From NCBI GenBank assembly GCA_951406725.2, contig OX597818.1:67208001-67272000 (forward strand): a stretch of DNA of 64,000 nt, given 5' to 3'. A program made the translations under genes and the position numbers. Positions 14,085 to 27,597 of the stretch are shown piece after piece; the stretch's first letter is position 1, and each line of letters starts with the position of its first letter. The notes beneath the pieces are model-generated. The model had not been told where the DNA came from. It worked only from the letters and a program-made list of their open reading frames with translations, and searched no databases. This stretch comes from Octopus vulgaris. Its lineage: Eukaryota.

Positions 14085-14534
14085 GCTTTCAAATTTTGGC
14101 AAAGGCCAGCAATTTCTGGGAAATGCGTAAATCGTTTACAGCTAACCCTGTTCTCAACTGGTAATTATTTTATCAACACGGAAAGGACGAATCGGAAATT
14201 CGCCCTCGGCAGAATTTGAACTCATATTGTAAAGACAAAATTCTGCTATATATTTTGCGAGGTGCGGTGACAATTCTGCCAGCTCGCTCTCTTATTACCC
14301 CTCTTAAATAGGGGTTTAACATTTTAGTACAAGGCCAGCAGGTTCGCGAGAGCGGTTGAGTCGATTACTTCGACCCCAGAGCTTAAATGTTACGTTCTGT
14401 ATCGTCTATCGACTCCCAAATTCTGAGATGCAAAGTGGTCCTCGGCGAAATTCCAACTTAAACCATAGAGACAGACGAAATTCTGACGAGCAATTTGCCT
14501 CCTGTGTTAAAGAATCTGACAGCTCGCTGCCTTA
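14085..14534 (-). mobile_element. Two adjacent degenerate family B SINE copies (about 14085-14288 and 14323-14534)
   Basis: Both carry AAGGCCAGCA...CCTCGGC...TCTG(C/A)CAGCTCGCT, the reverse complement of the family B body and head. Confidence 0.7.
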
Positions 14535-15029
14535 TGGGATACATAAATATTAAAACAGGGTGACAAACTGCAAGTGATTGTTATATTTAGTGTAATACTC
14601 AGAGATTTTGCATTCAGATCAAACGGACGATTGCATACGATTTCATTTGGGATAAATATCAAGTTTAGTAGAAATATAGAAAGGAAGGTACTTCTCTGTG
14701 GTTCTAACTGATTGGAGGCAATCAGTTTTTTCAGCTTCCCCCGAATAGCCTTTATTATTGGAGGCACGATAAAGGAATAACACATTTCATTCATAATTTT
14801 TATACTTCAAACATGAATGTAAAATATTACGGCTGTTTGTAATTTGTTTTTGTGCCTGCGGGTTATAACATACTTGAAAATAACGTATATCCAGAGATGA
14901 TTTTAAAATACAATTTTGCATGTCTTCGGAGTTGTTAAGCTCAGTGTTAGCTCTAATCAAGAGGAAATATGGTCGAAAGTTTCCAACCCAATACTATTCT
15001 GTGTGTGCTTTAGAAAATATATGTTTTTG

Positions 15030-15198
15030 TTTACATTATACATCGTTATATATTATTTACGTTATTTGCATTTGGCATTTGTCCTCATCTTGTTTGTTGT
15101 TAACACAGCGTTTTGGCTGATATACCCTCCAGCATTCATCAGGTGTCTTAGGGAAATTTCGAACTTGGTTTCTCATTCCTAAGAAATTTTTCGATATT
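15030..15198 (-). mobile_element. PLE-P1 pLTR 3' fragment with degenerate hammerhead
   Basis: Reverse complement GACACCTGATGAATGCTGGAGGGTATATCAGCCAAAACGCTGTGTT...GATGAGGACAAAT; homologous to 27605-27780. Confidence 0.85.
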
Positions 15199-15840
15199 GG
15201 TGAGTCATAACAGAAAAAGCCTTTAAGCTTGATCAGCTAAATTTACGTATTACAATGCCTTGCAACTTTTCCATTCGGTTAATTACACCTTAGTATTTTT
15301 TACCTACCTACATTATACATCAAATTGAGAATGAGAACCATAACTATATTCGCTAGCTGAACAGCGTCATAACGCATGGACAATCTTTATCTTCTGAACA
15401 TGAGATGTAGATTTATAACCCCACTGATTTGAGACTGTTTTACAAACCCAGACAGAGAGACAATAAATTGATTTGAGTGAATGGAAGCCAAACCTGTTCA
15501 TACAGGTGCCACTCAATCTAATATTTATTACGTGCACAATCTCTTATTTATATGTAAAAATAGCATGTTATATATGACGTTTTCATTAATAACATTAAGA
15601 ATAATATCGGGTATAATTTAATATTTTAAAATCTATTTCAATCTCACAGCAGCACAATAAAATTACACGTAATATTTGCTGATATTCAAAGGAATATATT
15701 TAAAGAAATAAGGCCGCGCAAATGTAAAGAATAGATTTCCAATAAATAATAATATATTGTCAAATCTGAATGAAGTGGAGTATGAGAAGATGGTAGAACT
15801 TTGACACATGCGGAAAGTTAGAGGCTAACATGTAACCACG

Positions 15841-15873
<33 letters not shown>

Positions 15874-16365
15874 GATTACTTTTTGTGCGATTAATTCCAA
15901 GAATATGTAATTGTGCAAATGAGACCTCAAACACGCCGTATCATATACTTGCGATAATTTTTCACTCTCTAATAAGATATTCCAGTCAGTGAAATAGAAT
16001 TGCGATTTTTCAATCGTATATAATTTTGACATAATGCACGAGAGAAAATGAAAGCTTAAAAGCTTAAAACAAATTATATCTTCAACATTGCTTCTGTCAT
16101 ATATTCCAGGAATATCATATGTTTCAAATATTTTTATTTTGCAGTTTTAAAATTAATCCACACATATATAGGTATAATTTTTTTTTATCAATTGGAGATT
16201 ACGGGTTCAAAAAATATGCCCGAAATGATATAAAGTAAAAAATAAATAACTATATACATCATAATATAAAATGAAATAATAAATTTAAAAAATGGATCTT
16301 AGCAAATAAAAAAAAAATGGAAGCAACAGGCGTAGAAATATTTTTGTATGATTGCAGCCTTGTGC

Positions 16366-16408
<43 letters not shown>

Positions 16409-16411
16409 CAC

Positions 16412-16463
<52 letters not shown>

Positions 16464-18659
16464 GTATGTGTGTGTGCATGTGTGTGTAATTTATTTATTT
16501 ACATGCATATAGTAAATATATACACAAACATTTATAGACATATGTATACACACAAACACAAGCACACACACACACACATATATGTATGTATGTGTTTGCG
16601 TGTATGCGTGTGTTGTACATTTAGCTTACACGTTTTTCAGAGAGTTTATAATCAGTGCATATCAAGTCGCCCATTCAAAAACGAAATATGTACAGCAACG
16701 TTGCTCGTGTAAAAATAATGATAAGGGATCCGTTTACATAAAAAGCATCGTTGATTGACCTTATATTTTATAAATACATTTCACTTTAATATTACCTTGC
16801 TTCTGGTATTTCTTTTTTCTTCTAAATTAAGATTGCCGTCTCCTTACAGCCAACGATTAGCTAACAAACGCTAAACAACATGTGATATGTAATTTTCTAA
16901 TTCGTATAATTCCTCAAGTTTATTTTTATATATTTTGTCGTGTTTATACGCATAAGAATTTTTAGATTGAATCATTTTTTTCATCAATTTAGGTGATAAT
17001 TTATATACAATTTAAGCCATACAACCCATACATATATATTTCCTTTTGATATATTCATTAGCTCCAGATTTTAAGCTCTTCATTCTGTGTGTTCTGGTGA
17101 AAGACTAACATATCATTTTAATAATTCGATATCTACAGGAATAAGAAAGCAAAATGGTTATGAAGAAGAAATCATAATCTAAGGCAACGAAATTTGGAAG
17201 TTGAGAAAGACCTCCTATGGATAGTTTGTTATGTTTTCTGTTTTTTTAATTGAAATAAGCTTAATATAGAGTATAATATTTCTGTTAAGAATATGTTAAA
17301 TGTCATCTTGATAAAATTATATCAATTTCTATGATTACATTCCCTTCATTCTGAAGTAGTTCTTTTAAAGATGAAGTTAATGTCATATCCCATAATTTTA
17401 GGCTTCGTAGCCAATCTCTATTGCCAATGTTTATGCTGCAACATTGAAGCTATATTTGATTATGTATTTCCTATCGTATATTTAAAACGAGTAGCGGGAT
17501 ACACATGTAATTATTTTCGTAATACCACCGAATAAAAAATCGACAGCAACAACAACAGGAACAAATTGTGAGGGGTGTGGGCAGAAGACGGTCAATATGT
17601 GAAGTGAAACTGTCAGTGTGATAAAACATTTGTATAAAGCAAATTATAGAAACCTGTATAATTTGATATCTATGTAACTATGCATGGATGTATGTATGGA
17701 TCCTGGATGTTATCCAATGAACACATGATTTCCAGATGGCTACAAATTGGAGGCTTATACATATTTGTCATCTACCTGATGGCATGAATGTCAGGTCCCC
17801 AAGGCTTTCATATTTCCAATATTATGTATAACATGTAGAGACACCTGAAGCACAATCTTCAACACAATATGCTCTTCGTGTCTGTATAAGTCTATGCATA
17901 TTATAGCTTAGACATAGCTATTTGGGTTCACAATACCTTGACCGTAATGCCAATTTTCAAATCTATATGTGTTAAGGGACCTGTATCTTTCAACAGTGCA
18001 CATAATTCGACACCTGATTATAAGATGCTCATTGCCCAGAATATCCGTGCTGCCTGTTATTATATATTTCATGGCACATGAAATTAAGTCATAGATATGC
18101 GTGATATCAATGTGGCTGGCGAAATTAATCCCTGTCTAAATATATGAAATCACTCCCGATTAATGTTGCTATTCTAAACCCTTCGGATCATGAACAATTG
18201 CTGCGTTCCAATGGTGGGCAACATCGCAATTATATAGTTAGCTGAATTACACACATATATGTAGATCAAAGGCCGTCACTTCTTTGTAGAAAATCCGATA
18301 CCTTCTGAAGGAAATCCAGAAATCTAGCTGTCTATCCGCATCAATATCTCATATTTAAGAACATCTGTCCATCTGACCTTTTTGTCAGCGTGTGAATCCC
18401 GACACTATATCTCGATCAATTAGAAACGTCAGTGAAATTAATATAAATAACCCTAAGATGATAAATTACATGAGGTAGCTTTTTCCTTTTTTTTTGTATT
18501 GCTTTAAGCTGGAAGAAAATGTTGTACACAAAAGCATATGCAATTGAAGATCTCAGACAGTTTATTGCCATGCATGAGTAATTAACAATTCATAACCATA
18601 GTAAAGAACTTTCCAATGCATGACATTATAGAGAACTAGAGCTGCGCTTAAGAAATAAA

Positions 18660-19051
18660 TCTCTCTATATATAAAGCTGAAGTTGTCTGTGTGTGGCAGG
18701 TTTGGTAGCCTTTAACTAACACTATCCCCTCCGACACCCTGTGGTGTAAGTTGACCAAAATTGAGAGTATGATAGAAGAAGATTTGCTCTTCTTTCCGTA
18801 GAAGAAAGAATTCAAATCGGACCATGTTAACACCAAAAATTATTTACATCAAAAAGGTGCTTTTTTTCTATGAAAATCCTTTTTTTTAACGATATTTTGA
18901 CTGCTGTGTCGCCATTTTCGGTGTTTTTCAACCAAAAAGGTTTTCACTTAAAGAGAATAACAAGCTACAATAATGCAAAATTTTTACTTTTCAAAAATCC
19001 CAATTGTAAAGGGTCGAAACAATCCCGAGCAACGCCGGGCGATACTGCTAG
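18660..19051 (+). mobile_element. Non-autonomous Helitron (apparently complete)
   Basis: A|TC 5' end, 3' hairpin CCCGAGCAACGCCGGG followed by CTAG|T; AT insertion site with no TSD; 3' end shared with the copy at 879. Confidence 0.85.
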
Positions 19052-19770
19052 TATAAAATAATATCATTAATATCAGCTATCGGAATTGAAATGGAGGATC
19101 TCTATCTCTCTATGCAGTCGTTTCACATACACACACTCACACACACAGGTACGTGTAACCATATGGTAAGATTTTAGTAATTCCTCCGTTCAGTTACTTC
19201 GCTTCCGTTTATTACTTCTCAGACGAGGCAAATATATTCATCCATGATTGATATAAGCTGTATTTATTCATCGATAGCAAACAGAGTGTTTCTTCATGAA
19301 ACGTAGATTAGCACAATGGACCGATATTAATTAGCAACATCGAGACCAGAGCAATTGTTAATAATAATCTCATTTATGATATAAATCACTAAAGATAACC
19401 TCCCCGTTCCCGTGTGTTTCATTGTTCCGTAGAATCCAAATATTTTTCTTAATTTACACTTATGACTAATAAATTTATGAGTCATTCTTATTCTATTATA
19501 CTTCAAGCTACCAACACGAAAAACGTTGCCCTAACAACATAATAATTCAGTGAACTACGAGCATGAAACTTATTAAACACAGAAAGGAATACAAGAAGCT
19601 TCCTCATTATCATCACGCACATTATGGAGGATTTAATTGAATGAATGTTCTCTTTTAATCATTACTTCCAATCGACTGTAAAATTTGAAATGTAAATAAA
19701 ATCATTACTAGAAATGTTGTGCAGTAGATTAAGTGATTATGCTACTGTTTTACTCAGAAGATTATAAGCT

Positions 19771-19776
19771 TTATTA

Positions 19777-19850
<74 letters not shown>

Positions 19851-19869
19851 GTTGTTGTTGTTGTTATTG
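19771..19869. repeat. (ATT)n/(GTT)n microsatellite
   Basis: Directly visible. Confidence 0.95.
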
Positions 19870-20029
19870 AGTGTGGGAGCGATGCATGACATCAAAGTGA
19901 CATTGGTGTACAAATGTACAAAGCGCAGTATACCCATCATGACTACACGTCCGATAAGAGTACACAAAGCGCATGCAGCACAACCACATGTGCGCGACAT
20001 GGTGATCCCATATCAAGAGTAAAAGCAAC

Positions 20030-20285
20030 AAGGTATTGCCTTGTTCTACCATGTCACCTAGTTTAAACTCCATTGAACATCTGCGGGGTGTTTTGAAAAG
20101 GAAGGTTCAAGTGAAAAATACCCCAATTTTCTCAGAATGAATAGAGGTCAATTTCATCGATTACATGCGTAAATTTAGTCGACTCAATACCCAGAAGATT
20201 TAATGCACTCATTGCAAGCAGGGCGGTCAAACCAAATTATAGATATAGCAAATACTCCTTAGGGTGTACATATTTTTGTAATGTT
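20030..20285 (+). pseudogene. Tc1-like transposase C-terminal remnant
   Basis: PMSPSLNSIEHLRGVLKRKV (cf. SPDLNPIEHLW) and NLVDSIPRRFNALIA..GGQTK across frameshifts. Confidence 0.75.
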
Positions 20286-20443
20286 AGTCAAATTAATATT
20301 TCGTTCATGTGTTTGATAATGCTTATTGTTTTGTGTTCCAAATTTGTATGTTTGCCTGTATAATATATTCTACTAAGAATAATTTCCGTTTGATTTCCTT
20401 CGAAATTGTTTTGCTGTGTACATACTTCTGTGAGATAACGTGC

Positions 20444-20514
<71 letters not shown>

Positions 20515-21040
20515 AATATAAGAGAGGGTCCACTATGTGGACGTTCTTGCGCTAAAAATAGATCCGCTATGGTCTCAACCACCAAGAATTGTTGCCAAGT
20601 AGAATTAGCACAACTATGAACGTAAACGAGCAGGACAAATGAAAAAGAACAAAAATGTAGATTAATTCTAGACAATTGTTTCACTATTAATAGATTATGC
20701 AATGTTACTTACATAATAGATCCACAGCTCATCAGTAGAATTCCTCATGAATATAATTTATTGAACCGCATGCTAGATTTTAACATAAAGCCAAACACAC
20801 GTGTGGTTCAGTCTATTATATTTGCAGTTATGATTCGAATGTCCTCGTTATAGCGCGCCAAAATTTCCGTTGTGTATTAATTTTTACTGTATCCCAGTTT
20901 TTATGCGCTAAACCACTTGGTGTTAAACTAATGTTATTAAATTAATATCCAATTTTTTCACCCTCATTTTATATATATATTTATATATAAAAATATATAC
21001 ACGTGTGCGTGTGGATATGTGTGCGTGTATGTATATATAT

Positions 21041-21780
21041 AGTAGCGTTCAAAAGTTTTCTGTCACCTCACATAAACCGATGAATATACAGTGTTTTAAA
21101 ACAGAGAAATGTCCAAAAAGGATAATTTATTATTTAGTGATCAATTCAAGAAGTTTCCTGGAGGCCTTCTGACAAATTCTCGCCTATTAGAAACCGAAAC
21201 AACCAATATTGTTTGGCGTCAAGATTGTAAAGCTTTGTGGATACATAGAAAGTGATGGTCCAAGAAAGTTGGTTAAAATTCACGGTAACTTGAATTCTGC
21301 CAAATACATCCAGTTGCTAAATGACAATTTGATACAGAATTCGGTGAAGGTATGGTTTTTTTTTAGCATGACGGAGCATCAGGCTACAGATCTTGTGCAT
21401 CACATCAGAATCTGGCTGATGAATGTACAACCGCATTTGAATATTGGCCAGCTCAGTGCCCTGCCTGAAATAACGTCGAGCGAATGTGGACAGAACTGAA
21501 GACAAGAATTCGTCAGAAGAATCCACGTAAAATTGAAGAAGTTTAGGAGCACAGACACAATGAATGGTATCTTATACCTATGAACGTGGGGAAGGATTTG
21601 TACAAATAACTTGTCAGTTGCATTGTAGCAATTATTCGAGTTAAGGGAAACCTCACGAGCTATTAAGAAAGAGCTTGAAATGAACGTCATGTACTAAATT
21701 TTCATTTGAAATATTTTTTCTGATTTAAAACGGTGTAGCATTGGATTATGTGAAATGCCCGAAAACCATTTGCACGTAAT
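21041..21780 (+). mobile_element. Degraded Tc1-like element
   Basis: GPRKLVKIHGNLNSAKYIQLL, HDGAS and WPAQ motifs across frameshifts; TIR-like start AGTAGCGTTCAAAAGTTT. Confidence 0.75.
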
Positions 21781-21840
21781 TATATGTAGATATATATGTG
21801 TGTGTGTGTGTTTTTGTTTGTGTATGTGTGTGTGTGTGTG

Positions 21841-22438
21841 TTTGCGTGAAATTCAACACATTAGAAAGAACAGCTAGGTTCTGTAAACCACAAAAATAAC
21901 GGATAAAATTCGACAGGAATAAATTTTGAAATGAAAAACATTTACCATCTAGCACCCCGGACCAATTGGTTTCTGATCTTCTTTTAGCAAGTCGGGGGAA
22001 CTCGCAAGGTCTGATCTTCTTCGGCAAGGTGCAACCTAGCGTTAAACATATACAACACGAGACAAACACCGCTACTTGTGTCGTGTTCATACGAACTAAC
22101 TTTTCAAATTTTTCTGCGCAATCGCAGTCCAATCGCTGGCTACAATAAAAACCGCCAACTTTAACCGAAAATGATCAAGAAACTTATAATGTTTCATCAT
22201 ATCAAAGGGAAATGGAATTTAATTAAAATTAAAATATTCAATCAAAATTTACATTTCCAATGGTCTAACGTTCAAAAATATTAGTCAAGAAGACTATATA
22301 TTAGTCATACGATATAGTGTATATTTATACACATAAGAAATCCACTTTGCGTGAAATTCAAAACAATAGAAAAAACAGCTAGGTTCTGTAAACAAAAAAA
22401 ATAACGGATAATATTCGACAGGAATAAATTTGGAAATG
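21841..22438 (-). repeat. 505-bp unit bounded by about 93-bp direct repeats, containing a hammerhead-like motif
   Basis: 21841-21933 matches 22346-22438; minus-strand GCACCTTG-CCGAAGA...GAAA-CCAATTGG-TC-CGGGGTGC at 21952-22032. Confidence 0.7.
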
Positions 22439-22528
22439 TATATATATAAACATTTAGATATGTATATATATATACATATATATTATATGTATATATCTAT
22501 GTATATATATATATATACATATGCATGC

Positions 22529-22566
<38 letters not shown>

Positions 22567-23359
22567 GCATATATACATACATAAATACATAATACATTTA
22601 TATACTTGTGTGTGTACGTGTGTGTATGTATGTGTATACATGTATTTGTACGTAGGCATTATGTCCATCGAAATTAATATACAAGCATTAAATTGCACAT
22701 ACCCTCGCACATACATATAAACACTTATGTATAGGCGTGCACACAGACAATAACGCATACACGCCATGTCCCCCTACACTCACACACACAGAGATAAAGA
22801 CACGCAAGCAAGAATACACATAACTGCATTTGTATGATTATGCTTTTTCATTTGTATGCGAATGTAATATTTTACCCACACCAATTTCTGACTTGTTACC
22901 TGGTTTCGTATGCTTATAATCTCTCTACAACACCCCAATACCAAATATCAATACACACACACGCGCGCGCGCAGATAGATGTTTATTTATATAGATCATG
23001 TTTAATGTGAGTTTTCTCTTTTTTACCAATGACTCTTTCATTGTGCATTTAGCTTTTAGAGAATCTGCAAGATTTTTTTTCTCCCTTTTTACACCGATGT
23101 CATATTTTCTCTCTTGCAAAAACTTGAAGAAAATATTGACAATGTACCCGAAATAATGAAGAGGTCAGCTAAGTGAAATATACTTAGGTTATTACTTGTT
23201 AGCATAGAAACAAACCAATATGTGTACACGAAGATATGTTCATGTATATAGGTACCCAGTGTAATATGTATAGAAGCATATACAACACAGACATATCTAA
23301 CCTCATGTAAGTAGAAACATCTATACATATATGTATGCACCATGTCTTTCTATCCTTAT

Positions 23360-23407
<48 letters not shown>

Positions 23408-25256
23408 ATACGTGTGTGTGTATGTACATATATATACATACATGTACTTATATATATATGTGTGTGTGTGTGTGTGTGCGTTTGTATATATATATGTATA
23501 TATGAATTTTCCTCTATCTATCTATCTACATATATATATATATACATGCATATATACATACATATATATGTATATGTATGTATATATATATTTATATATA
23601 TATATGCGTGTGTGTGCGTGTGTGCATATATATATATGTATATTACACAAACTTGTACACTCTTACATTGATATATTATTTTATATTAAAAAAATATATA
23701 TTATTGGCTGTCATTGTTATTTTGATGCACAAAATATAGTTTATATCTACTGATATCACGACATAATATTCTATCATTATTAAAAATTAAATATAAATAA
23801 ATTTAAAAAACTGCTCATATATTCTGTAATAGAAAATGTCTTGTCTGTAACATTGCAGAATTATAAAGTTTCATAGAATTCTTCTAACTTTCGCTTGACA
23901 TTTGACAGTTAATTCATCTGAAATTGTAGAATTCTCCCAAATAATATTACCATTCATAATTAGCTGTATTCATCAAGTTACCTCCCCTCTCTATTTTTTT
24001 TTACTATGGTATTGCTTTCACTAAAAAAAATTGTTATCGGTTACATTTTTAAACACGTGAATTTATATTTAACAGACAATATTTTTGGCTATTGTATTTA
24101 AGTTACTAATGATCATATAGATTTGATAGAAAATAAATAATTGTTGAACAGCTGCAGTCAGTGCAAGCGAATGCGCTTAGGAAATGTTTTGATATCGATA
24201 TCGATCTGTGTTTTAGCCTCACCCATTTACATTTAAGTTTCTTCATATCATATTTTCACATTATATAAACTTATATAGTCCTTCTTTACTGCAACTCTGC
24301 ACGGCATATAATATGTGACTGTTCACGCCTTTCGTGCACTCTTATTTCACATCTTTCGCTGTCTGTAGCATGCTATGGGATATGAAGTTGCTTGCCTGTC
24401 AGTCAATAATTCTAGATGAGGCTTAATAAAGGATGGCCTCCCGTGACTTCATATTGCTGAGTAGTCAATTGTGACAAGGGCTGGGAGAGCGAGGGAGATG
24501 GTTGAGATGGGGTGAGAAAGATAATAATGAGACGCCTCAAGCCTAGTAATTACTTTATCGCACCTCGAAACGCGAAGGAAGAACGTAAAACTGACATCAA
24601 AAAGCATTGCATACAGAAGACAAAGCACTTAGAGCAAGGAATTTTACCGAAGTTCAAAAATTTCTTAGAGTCGATGTTTTATGAAATTGTCTAATTCTAT
24701 CGACTTCACCTTATAATTACAAGAGTCAGAATTTTGCACAACTTTTTACTCTCTACCTCTGTTGGTTCCTAATTAAATCGAGATACGAGTATTCTTTCTA
24801 CTCAAACACACAAATCCATTCTAAAAGAGATATGCACATGCGCATAGACATAAACACATATACATAAATATTTGGTATGTATATTTGTGTGTGTGTGTGT
24901 GTAAGTATGTGTGCTTGTATGTACGTGCGTGCGTATGTGTTTGTGCGTGTTTTGGTTTATACGTTTCGCATCAGGAGAATAGTTGTCTTTTATAAATTAT
25001 ACCGACTTTATTCCACATAACGGACGGATGTGGATGTATCTTAAATTTCAAGGAATATAAAAATGCGACTCCTTTTCGAAGATGATCATTTTTATTTATT
25101 GAAGGTTTCCCTTTTAACCTACGATCATTAAGTCTCATATTAATATAAGCTTAGTCAAATGGCAACGTTTCTGCTCGGTGATATTAAATTCGATTTCAAT
25201 ATATTGTCGTCGGTATTCATTCAGTTTTCGTAGACCACGTCTTACAAACAGCGAAC

Positions 25257-25399
25257 AACTAGCGTGGCTAGAGTCTGTACTGTCCGAGATGGCTCTTCCG
25301 TTTACCTCGTCCGAATACCACAAATAACCCTTCTTGCCTACAGCAGATCCCAAAGTGCCGCCCGGGTAAGACCGACCCTCCCCACTAGCTACGCCAGTG
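25257..25399. mobile_element. Possible small MITE
   Basis: Imperfect terminal inverted repeats ACTAGCGTGGCTAG / CTAGCTACGCCAGT. Confidence 0.35.
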
Positions 25400-25909
25400 C
25401 CGCAAACATCTAAGAGATAAATCTTTTTGAAATTTACAATATATTATCACACTGTCGTTAATATGAACTCGAAATTATAGGAGCAATTCCTCAAATAAAG
25501 TATCATTCCTTCTCAAATCCATTCAAAATTTAAACCTTGCGTTGTCATTGAACATTATCTCAAAGCATGATATTATAAATATTTAGATAAATTGTAACGC
25601 TTAATGAGACTGCAAGTAGAGATATATAACAGAGGAGGCCTTTCAGAAAAATATCGTTTATTTCTAAATGCCAGTGGGTAATTGCAAGAATAAAACTCAA
25701 CGAGTAAACATGTAGAACACTGTCATGCGGGGTCAACTTGATGGATGATTTCAAAGGGATTTCTATCAGTAATTGGAAGTAAAGCGCAAGGGCAAGAAGG
25801 TTAACATATTACAGCGTTTTAAATATTAACTAATGGTATTCTGATTCCAGCAGAAACTGAATTCTGCTTTCGAAAGATGAGTGCCTATGAAGCTAATATA
25901 GGATTAGTT

Positions 25910-26533
25910 CAGTACTATATTTAAGAGATGAGGAATTATTTACATTATTTACATTTGACGGTTATTTGTCACAACACAACGTGTCGGCTGATATACACTT
26001 CATCAGGTGTCTTGGGGAAATTTCGAACCTCGGTTCTCATTCCTAAGGTACATTTTTGATGTTATTTTAATTATAGTAATAATAATAATAATTGGAATCG
26101 AACTCGGAATCTTGGGGTTAGAAGCCCGCGATCTCAACTACTACGCCATATGCTCGTATGCAATTATGGAGTGAATTTTAGGGCTTATAAATATCCTTCC
26201 TTAATACCGGTTCCTATATGCTGCTCATATCTGCATTCGGTCTGCTTAGGAGGTTGTTGCGTCCTAGCATATGTGCTGCTTCTTTTAGTTTCCGTATTTT
26301 CCATTGGTGTTCTCTGTCTATTATTTCAACAGGGGGAGCTGGTTTTCTATTTTTAATACATGATCAACTATACCCAATTTATAAATATCTCCTCGTGTCA
26401 CAGTTTTGCGATGTTCGTCTACCTTTATTTTGAGGGAGCGACATGAAGGCTGAATGGTACATCAGCCGAAGCGTTGTTTTAACAACAAACAAGATGAGGA
26501 CAAATATCCTTCAAATGTAAATAATATAAATAA
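25910..26533 (-). mobile_element. 5'-truncated Penelope-like element (PLE-P1): GIY-YIG C-terminus, pLTR with tRNA-like head, (AAT)n and hammerhead, plus an inverted partial pLTR at 26443-26533
   Basis: Minus-strand translation of 26440-26177 gives a PLE endonuclease C-terminus; pLTR homologous to the 27372 and 48364 copies; an inverted pLTR at the truncated 5' end is typical of PLEs. Confidence 0.85.
26177..26440 (-). pseudogene. PLE GIY-YIG endonuclease C-terminus
   Basis: RSLKIKVDEHRKTVTRGDIYKLGIVDHVLKIENQLPL / VEIIDREHQWKIRKLKEAAHMLGRNNLLSRPNADMSSI*EPVLRK (one frameshift, one stop); not in the ORF track. Confidence 0.8.
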
Positions 26534-27371
26534 TATACTTTTACTTCTTCTTTGCTTCAAGTACACTGCACATTGCAATGCTGCGTTCCCTCAAAAAGTT
26601 ACTTTGATCAAATATTTCTCGGTGAAATTTGGCATCAGAGAATTGTAATCTATCATTCGACAAAAGACTTAATAATCAAAGTCTATAATATTGTTCTTAC
26701 GACCGATATCAACCTCAAGAAAGTGAAATATTACAGGATTAACATATCTTTTCTTTAGGCTTCAGAAATGTCGTGCACCATGCCCTTTACAAGAGACTAA
26801 TCGTTAATATATGGTAAGTAGTTCATATGCGCATAAACATCTGAGTTATTACCATAAAAGATCATGAGTAATTAGAGTGTAATTTTAACACCACCACACT
26901 AACACCACCACACTACATACAAAAACATTCAACGACGACCTCAAGAACATATCCGAAGGCCAATCACAAACACAGAGGTTCTCTTTATAATGTGTGTGTA
27001 TGTGTGTGTGTAGAGGGAGAGAGGGTTAAAGAAGTAAACAGACAGATACACACCCACTCTATACCGCACACAGTCTCTCTTTGTATCGCTACCTATGTCT
27101 CATATACTTTCTCATTCACCTGCATGCAGAATATACACCTACAACATGAGACACTCACACACAGAATTAGGCAGAGACGTGAGGTAGATGTGGAGTAATG
27201 GGTAGGGCGTGTCATTACTCAGGTCACGGATGGCAACGAAAGGAACTTTGACAAAGTTGAATGTTTGGTTAACCTAAGGCAGATAGTCAATTGGTTAAAT
27301 AGTTAACCGATGAAGAATTAAATAGTAAAGACGCCGCTCCCAAGATTCAATACAATATTTTCAACACACAA

Positions 27372-27550
27372 GCGTAGTGGTTACGAACGCTGGATACTAA
27401 CCCCAAGATTCCGAGTTTGATTCAGGTAGTGACCTGGATAATAGTAGTAGTAACAATAATAATAACAACAACAACAATAATAATAATAATTATAATTATA
27501 ATAATTATAATAATTATAATAATGATAATAATAATTATAATAATTATAAT

Positions 27551-27597
<47 letters not shown>

